Positions 52,851 to 64,000 of a DNA stretch of 64,000 nucleotides are shown here, in pieces. This stretch comes from Eledone cirrhosa. Its lineage: Eukaryota. Made by a program: the position numbers and the translations under genes. The stretch lies in assembly GCA_964016885.1 (NCBI GenBank), contig OZ024743.1, positions 215,326,001 through 215,390,000 of the forward strand, read 5' to 3'. Within the stretch, counting starts at the first letter, position 1. Each line of letters opens with the position of its first letter. Under the pieces are notes generated by a model. That model had not been told where the DNA came from. It searched no databases and saw nothing but the letters and a program-made list of their open reading frames with translations.

Positions 52851-55800
52851 GATAAGAGTGTTTAAATGTCGAACCTAAACAGTTCGAATAACGGTGAAAT
52901 GGAGACTAGAACGTCATGTGACAGACTCTCACCAAACAGGTGCTCCCTGGCTCAGCAGCAGGGACCTGGCTGTCAACCAAATACTGCTGGTGTCGGAGGA
53001 AGAAGAAGAAGGAAAGGGACCAGAACCAACTGGACGAAAGAATTGAATAGAACTGTTATGCAATGTTACCTGAAAAGTAACCCCAAGGAGAGGGGCTATA
53101 GGAAACGGATGCATAACATCTGGCACGAGATTGGTCTATTTAAATTAGATGAACAACAATTGGCCGGGCAGGCTCGGTTAATAAGAACTAATGGGTGGAT
53201 AAGCGAGCTGGAACTGGAGGAACTGAGCAGAGAGATTAGCTTGGAGATGGAGGGTGGATATGCCAGGCAAACGAGCCAGTGGGAAATGAAGGTGAAGAGG
53301 TCGAGAGAACGGAGGAACCACCCGAAGCAGACAATGATCTGAATACTGAGATAAATAATACCTGGAACAGAGATACGGCCACTGAGGAGATGAATGCTGA
53401 CGGGCTAGGACAAGATTTGGTTGACATCCTAAATTTAGTGGTAGATGAATTGAACAATGATAGTGGGAGACCTATGAACCTAAGATTTGTAGACAGGAAA
53501 AAGTTAAAAGAAACAACAGCTAAGGTAAATAAAATCATCGCATACCTTGAGGCGAGGAGCCTTCACCAGTGCAACAATATCCTCAAAGCAACAGTAAATA
53601 CGGAGAGGAAACTACTTGGTATAAAAGCGAGAGGAAACAACAGACAAGAAAGAGGAGAGCCTTGGTGGAAGAAACGACTGAGTGGTCAAATCAGGGAAAT
53701 GAGAAATGACATAGGAAAGCTTGAGTCCCTACTGAATGGGACACTGAAAAACATAGACACTAAAAATAGACTGAAAATAAAGTACCATACTGGGAGCAAA
53801 AGGCTAAATATTATCATAGAGGGACTGAAGCAATGCATTGTAGCAAAGAGTGCAACAATCAGGTGATACAAGAACAGAGTCAGTCAGTATAAACAGAACC
53901 GCATGTTCGACAACAACCAGAAGATGCTGTTTGGACAGCTTGAGGGGAAAGAAAGTGGCAACGACTTGATCCCTGAGGCGGAACAAACTAAAACATTCTG
54001 GAGGGGAATATGGGAGCAGGATGTTAGACATAATGACCAGGCAGAGTGGATTGAGACAGTACAGAAGGAGATCGGTGAACAGGCACACCAACAAACTGAT
54101 TTGAGTATCATAGTTGAAACTCTTAATCTTAAGGGGCAGGTAAAAAAACTAACCAACTGGAAATCACCAGGCCCAGATGGTGTGCAGGGGTATTGGATTA
54201 AAAATATAACATCCCTCCACCCGAAAATGACAACCATGTTCAATGACTGCTTGATGTCAGGTGAGGTACCAGAGTGGTTGACAAAAGGTACAACAGTTCT
54301 GATAATGAAACACCGAATCAAGGGTAATGATGTTACCAACTATAGACCTATCACATGTCTGTCCGTAATGTGGAAACTGTTGACGAGCATTGTGTCTGAG
54401 GAAATCTACCATCACCTCCACACAAACAACTTGTTACCGGACGAACAGAAAGGATGCCGAAAGAAGTCACGTGGTACAAAGGACCAGTTACTTATTGATA
54501 AGATGGTAATGGGGAATTGCAGGAGGAGACACACTGATCTTGCCATGGGATGGATAGACTACAGAAAGGCATTTGACATGGTGCCTCATTCTTGGATCAC
54601 CAAAAGCCTGGAGATCTTCAAGGTGGCAGATAACATCAGACAGTTGTTGGGCAAAAGTATGAGGTCCTGGGAAACAGAGTTGACATCAACTGGAGAATCC
54701 TTGGAAAGCGTGAAGATCAAGAGAGGTATCTTCCAGGGAGATAGCCTGTCCCCTCTGTTGTTTGTCCTTGCCCTGATGCCCCTGACCAATGTACTGCGAA
54801 AAGTGAGAGCAGGATACAGGTTGGGAAAGGGAGGGCTTACCATCAACCACCTCCTCTTCATGGACGATCTTAAGCTCTTCGGGAAGAGTGAGAATGAGTT
54901 GGATGTGCTTGTTGACACTGTCCGTATTTTCAGCAGTGATATATGTATGCAGTCTGGTATTAGTAAGTGTGGAGTCATTGTGATGAGGAGGGGTAGGTTG
55001 AGCAGAATTAACGGAATCCAGATACCAACAGGTGAGATGGTAAAGGAAATTGACTCTGAGGAAGGATACAAGTATTTGGGCGTTCTGGAGGCTGATGGCA
55101 TAAAGAACAAAAACATGAAGGAATTGTTAAGAACTGAATACATTCGGAGAGTAAGGAGCGTGTTGAAGTCACATCTGAACAGCAGAAATGCCATAAGCGC
55201 AGTAAATTCCCGAGCTGTGTCTATTATTAGGCACAGTGCGGGAAATCTGAGATGGAATGTTGCTGAACAAAAAGAACTGGATAGGAAGACTAGGAAGCTA
55301 TTGACTATCTACAACATGTTCCACAAGAGGAGTGATGTCGATAGACTCTACTTAAGGAGATCTGAGGGTGGAAGAGGTCTTATCAGCATAGAGGACTGTG
55401 TTCAGATGGAGAAAAACAACCTACACAAATACGTGACTGATAGTAAGGAGCCAATGCTTAGAGCTGTACTGAAGGAGGGGACAATAGGCTAGGGGATGTC
55501 CAAGGAGGAAATATCATCAAGGAGAAAGAGCAGCCTCCAGGAAAAATCCCTTCATAGAGAAAACTGAATTTAGAGATCCACAGACATGGAACTGGTTCGG
55601 AAGAGGAGACCTTAAAAAGGCTACAGAAGGAATGTTAATAGCTGCGCAAGAGCAGGCCCTCAAAACGAAGTGGTTGAAACACCATATTTACAAGGAGGAG
55701 GCTAGCCCACTGTGCAGGATCTGTGGAGAGAGAGAGGAGACTGTGGCTCACATTGTATCCGAGTGTAAACACCTAGCCCAGACCCACTATAAGGGCTGGA

Positions 55801-56355
55801 GATATGATGTGATGGGCAGGGTGATCCACTGGCACCTGTGCAAAGTAAACAATTTACCACATTCTAAGAAGTGGTATGAGCATAAGTCAGAGGCGGTGAT
55901 AGAGAACAATCAGGTGAAGGTGCTGTGGGATTTTAGGATACAGACGGACAAGAAACTGGAACACAATAGACCTGACCTGGTGGTTGTGGACAAAGAAAAA
56001 AGATCGTGCCTGATTGTGGATGTGGCCTGCCCATTCGACACGAGAGTGCAAGAGAAGGAGAGGGAGAAAATTAACCGATACCAGGACTTAAAGTGGGAGG
56101 TAAAAAGGATTTGGAACTGCCATGAATTCAAAGTGATCCCGATTGTCATAGGCGCACTATGGAGTATCTCAAAAAGTTTCCAGGGATGGTTAAAGAAAAA
56201 ACAGCAAGAACCCTCCGATACGTCCTGAATATCTGAGGCTGCAGGTAGTGGCTTGATATTCATTTCAACAAACTTTCCAGTTAACTAACATCAATGACTG
56301 AGACTCAAAGAGTAATAACAATAATAATAATAATAATAATAATAATAGTAATAAA
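52774..56355 (+). mobile_element. Near full-length R4/Dong-clade RLE LINE, inactivated
   Basis: single ORF from 52866 broken into 52866..53342, 53279..53866, 53903..55492 (RT, LFMDDLKL), 55632..56228 (CCHC, PDL..IVDVACP RLE); N-terminal WTKE.N...CY...GYRKRM..IW motif; (TAA)n tail. Confidence 0.95.
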
Positions 56356-56747
56356 TGGAAAATATTTCACAATAGCATCATACTTCATTATATATATTTC
56401 CAGGTTACTAATTTATAGTATGCTTTCATAAGATAAAATACAATAGTTGTTGTATAAGATAGTTACATACTCCCAAAATAGACCCCATACAGTCAAATTA
56501 AAATAGGCATGTCACTATCTTATACATCAAATATTGTATTTTATCTATTGAAAGCATACAATGAATTCGTATCCTAGAAATATATACAAGGAAATAAATA
56601 TGATTCTATAGTGATATATTTTCCATTTATCCCTAGTATTATTATTGTAATAGTCCAGATAAAATTTTACTGTAGAGTGATTCATATCTGTTATAAACAT
56701 AATTCTGTTGAATACTTATTAACTTATCAAGAAAGAATATAAATCAA

Positions 56748-56779
<32 letters not shown>

Positions 56780-56781
56780 CA

Positions 56782-56820
<39 letters not shown>

Positions 56821-57014
56821 TATGTGGGTGTGGTGTGTGTTTGTGTGTGTGTGTGTTTGTGTGTGGGTGGGTGTATTTGTGTGCGTGTGTGTGTTTGTGT
56901 GTGTGTGTATAGGAAAAGAATCATGGTCCTGACGGCTGAGCTCGAGCTTTTTTTCCTATTACCCACTGTACTAACCTAAGTATCGAGTACTCTGGTACAT
57001 TATGGTCCACCTAG

Positions 57015-57053
<39 letters not shown>

Positions 57054-57239
57054 TTCTCTCTCTCTCTCCATATATATATATATGTATACAAGCAAGCTTC
57101 TAATGAGCACTGGTGGCAGCAGTTTAATACTTAATTGATCGATATAGATTTAAATATATAAGGGTATATAGAAACTTGCTGGTCATGCTATATGTAAAAT
57201 AATTACGGAAACAAAGATATTACTTTTCAATACATGTGT

Positions 57240-57742
57240 GACTAGTACTCATTTTCAGCTGAGTATAGTAGAGCAATGTGAAATGAAGTGTTTTGCTCAA
57301 GAACACAATACGCAACCCAGGAATCGACCGTAAGACATTACGATCGTAAGTCCAACACCCTTACCACTAGGTCGCATGACTCCCGTCCCCCATATATATA
57401 TATATATATAGGGCACTGGCAGCGACCCCGTTCGGTCACGAATAACCCTAGCGTTTACGCCTAGGTATTTCCTCTCCAAAGCACATGGGTGATCTCCAGC
57501 AATCACCCATGCATACCTGTCTCCCCTTCTGCACGCCAATGTTGTTGTCCAAGGGTAAAGTAAAGACCTATATACCTTGGCACTATTGACGTCGCATCTT
57601 ATTTCTACAACTGGGTGAACTGGATCAAGGTGAAATATAATATCTTGTTCAGGAAAACAGGGGAAATCCCGTTCCGAGATTCGAACTCACAACCTCACGA
57701 TTGTTATCCCCGCGCTCTAATTACTGAGCCATGAACCTTCAC
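57240..57742 (-). mobile_element. Two fragments of tRNA-head SINEs (57240-57385, 57490-57742)
   Basis: reverse tRNA heads (ggctcagtaattagagcgc...gagttcgaatctcgg; cctagtggtaagggtgttg...ggtcgattcctgg) plus shared core gtgaaat.aa.t.t.ttg.tca.ga.aca. Confidence 0.7.
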
Positions 57743-58095
57743 ATATATATGTATATGCATTTTGGTGCGTGTGTTGTTATAAGTAAACGTCTATTAAAAT
57801 AGCAGAACATTACGTCGAACATTAAAATAGCAGAACATTTATAACATCCTAATTATATTTTAAATTTTCATTTCATATTCAACCATCATTGGAAATTCAT
57901 TGACATGATTGTTTTATGTTTGTTATTTTATAACTGTAAATGAGTAGTATCTAAATTATACAGCCTATTCTATTGATAGTTACTTCAACTTACTATTATT
58001 TTTTAAGATTTTAACTGAAGATATTAAAGGATGTATATTAACGAACATTATATTGTCCGATCAATTAGTGTTTGGGCCAATATTATTAATCCTTT

Positions 58096-58157
58096 GTAAT
58101 ACACTGGGATAATTGCTGGCCTTGTGCCAAATGTAGAAACAATTATTAATCCTTTGT
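58096..58157 (+). mobile_element. Very short SINE 3' fragment with TSD attattaatcctttgt
   Basis: TSD at 58082-58097 and 58142-58157. Confidence 0.85.
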
Positions 58158-60199
58158 TCATAATTATGTAACTTAAAAGTATATAGAATATTTTATACTT
58201 GAATGTGTACTGATATAATGCCATATGACATTGATCGATGACATCAGAGATTAGAGCGTAGAAACACTATTGAAGTGTATGATGGTAGCAAGAGAGTGAA
58301 GGGCATTGGTTTAATTTTGCATGGTTTCTGACTCTTACTAATGAGGATGGGAATAGAGGAAAACATTGAATACGGCACTTTGAACCCAAGCCAATGGATA
58401 GCTCATTTTAATTTCCTGTAAAAAAGATGAAACATGCGGTATTTCTCCAACAACAGAATCGGCCTACGGTGATGCGAATTACAAAAATACTCGTGATTGT
58501 TGACTATAATGTACTGTTTACTTTATTTCACTTTCCCTCAAGTCAAAGAAAACCCCAACCAACGACGGTAGTTACGGTATACCCTTCTTAAACTTTATTA
58601 GAGAATTACACTGCAATGCCTGTTGAAAAATGTGGATATGTTTCTAAGTAGGAAATCGATATTCGCTGTTCGGTAAAAATGCATTCACATTCTGCACTAA
58701 AAGTCTACGAATGTGTAAAAAAGATTATATCCTAGATAATCCGCACAGCTTAAGTGCTAATGCAATATATTAAGGCTTACGTCAAGTCAAAAAATATATA
58801 CGTTCTAATCCGTTTCGAAAATCCAAAATGAAATGTGTGTCTCTTTCTTCACACTAATCTTTATTTCTAGAAATAAGAGTATCTACAGGTGTAGAATAAA
58901 CGTTTTGCTTTTAGCACAAAAGAAATGTTCACAACTTCCAAACTAATTTGCTTTCTCCGTTTTCATTTATTTTATCTATGTTAGTTTTATTATTACATTA
59001 ACATCCTACTGCATATAATCTGATTTTCGATATACACGAAGTAAGATGCTAATCTTAAATGAATAAGATATTGTTTATTTTATTTCCTAGTGATAAACTA
59101 TACATATTTATTACAAAAGAATATAAAAAAATTCTTTGAAAATCGTATCCCTGAACATTCATAATAAATGAAAATTATAATACAGCTGAGTATATAAACT
59201 ATCTTATCTAAAATGCATCATACCTCGTGGAAACACAAATAAACACAGAGGTAACACGCACACATTCCTATATATGCGTGCGCGCACGCAAACTCGCATA
59301 TACAAAAACAGAAACGCACACAAATATACATATACATGTGTGTGAGTGGATATGCTCTATATATGTGTGTATATATATATATACATTTGTGTGTCTGAGA
59401 GAAGATAGATACAGAGTTAGAGAGATTTGTTATTTGACAGCAACTTGTTAATCACAATGCCACGAATGGTCTACCACTTGGGTTTGTTGAGTTAATCCAC
59501 TGCTGAATATCAGAATAATATTTAAGCCCCAGGTTCTTCTATTTATTTGCGATATTTAGAAATAGATCAACAGTAAGTGTGCTGGTTTATGATATAAGGG
59601 AATCCGGTCATGATCATCCCTCTCATTCTCGAGAAATGCATATCTAGGACTATATTATTTAATTAATTCTTTTAGAGAGATATAAATATTTGCGAGATAC
59701 CGACATAGGAAATAGCATGGCAATGAACGTCCAAATAGAACACACATTTGGATGTGTTTAGTGAGATAACAATGTCACTTAAACTGCTAAAAATAGAGGC
59801 CAAATTTTTCTCAAACCATACAACACTTTTCTAAATACGGTTGGACATGTTTTATAATGTAGTCCTATATATGCAATGACGAAATACAAGAAGGGATGAT
59901 CAATACTGTAAATCCTTATAGAATATGCCTACAGAGTTTGGTATTTTCAGGAGTTGGAAATATAAACCCATTTCATAATATATATCTTAATTGCCATTCA
60001 TTAAAATCAATTCTGATGTTCAAAAGGGTACAAACTCCACTTCAGATATTAGCACATTTGAATAGGCAGAAGACAATGACATTGAAGAGAGTGTGTTTCC
60101 GATTAAGGCATCCTTGTGAATTTTAGTAATACATTATTTTATCGCTCATGGAATAATGTAATGCCAAATTGTGCTAAATTTAGATTTGAATGAACATTT

Positions 60200-60385
60200 A
60201 GAAATGTATAGTGACAATTATAAAAACTAAAGTACCTGGATAGATGCAATAGTCATGACAACGGGAAAGGCGATGAAATATAGTTCAGGTAGGCCGAAAA
60301 CAGTAAGAACTATTAGATTTTACCAAGAAGTAATCAAAATAATTAAGGTCGGTAGAAAAATACCCCAAAATGAAGTCATCTATAT
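60200..60385 (+). pseudogene. Possible Tc1/mariner transposase N-terminal relic
   Basis: SSGRPKTVRT motif at ~60285-60315; otherwise heavily decayed. Confidence 0.3.
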
Positions 60386-60517
60386 GTGGGATTAACATAT
60401 TTAGAATTAGGTAGATACTTGTGTGTATAGTAAATTATATTTTCCTCTTTCTGGGTGATATAACGGTTTGATTGTTTTACACACACACAAAGACATATAT
60501 ATATTTATATATATATT

Positions 60518-60550
<33 letters not shown>

Positions 60551-60595
60551 ATATATATATGAATATATTTATATATATAGAGAGAGAGATATAAA

Positions 60596-60649
<54 letters not shown>

Positions 60650-60756
60650 CATTATATTATATGTGTCGATACTAATATGCATATATATATTCAAATATAT
60701 ATGTATATATATATATAATATACATATATATATATATACTGTATATATATATACTG

Positions 60757-60801
<45 letters not shown>

Positions 60802-60907
60802 AAATATAAGATCAAAAGCAGTAAGAACGAAATAGACGGTCACAGCGGGGGAAAATATATGTGTAAATATGATAATAAACGTGATGCGTAGTTGCAAATG
60901 GGTTACA

Positions 60908-63243
<2,336 letters not shown>

Positions 63244-63302
63244 ATATATATATATATATATATTGTTATACTTTGTATATATGTATATATATATGTATAT
63301 AC

Positions 63303-63440
<138 letters not shown>

Positions 63441-63492
63441 ACATATATATATATATATATATATATATCTACATATATATATATATATATAC

Positions 63493-63571
<79 letters not shown>

Positions 63572-63586
63572 CATATATATATATAC

Positions 63587-63619
<33 letters not shown>

Positions 63620-64000
63620 CATTAGCTAAGATCTTTCTTTCCCTTATTACGAAGCATTTTCCCCCTACACATAAACATATTAAAATGTTTAATAGAAATA
63701 CTATTACACTTTTTTACTCTACGACTCCTAACCTACGACATAACATCACAGCTTCAAATTTAGCTAAACTTCCTAGCCGTAGGAACACGTGCAACCCTGT
63801 AGTTAGTACTAACTCTAATTGTAGGAATCGGGCTGATTGCCCCCTATCCGGGAAATGCCTCTCTAGTAACATTGTCTACACATGTAAGGTTGTAACACCC
63901 ACTTCCCGTAGGGCCTACATAGGGTTAACCGCCAATAGTTTCAAGCAGCGTCTTTACATGCATACCCATTCTTTTCGTTACCCTCTAAGAAGGAATATAA
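63620..64000 (+). mobile_element. Penelope family B copy 3, fragment running off the window end
   Basis: matches 44055-44433; preceded by (TA)n. Confidence 0.95.

Noticed and set aside
54586-55194. Long antisense ORFs over RT regions (also 4746, 21495, 43202)
   Set aside because: Shadow frames of the sense-strand coding sequence

Overview
AT-rich, microsatellite-saturated eukaryotic (animal) non-coding DNA. The SINE types and (TA)n/(CA)n load resemble a cephalopod (Octopus-like) genome; this is an inference, not a database result. No intact host gene is evident, only one or two weak exon candidates. The window is a retroelement graveyard: Tx1/L1-clade LINEs (a head-to-tail pair, one internally deleted), R4/Dong-clade RLE LINEs in (TAA)n tracts (one near full length, with a candidate HDV-like ribozyme), RTE LINEs (one with a twin-priming inversion), at least three Penelope-like (RT + GIY-YIG) families, tRNA-derived SINEs and a non-autonomous Helitron. 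The most striking pattern is a recurring architecture in (TA)n tracts: two retroelement 3' ends joined back-to-back and facing outward. It ranges from 2.6-kb Penelope copies to zero-spacer palindromes, and many carry type I hammerhead ribozymes, including a fixed non-canonical CAGAAGA core and U3:A8 covariants. In one case the two ends come from different families. A SINE insertion that carries an inverted copy of its own flank is also present. All alignments and folds were done by eye, so coordinates are approximate.
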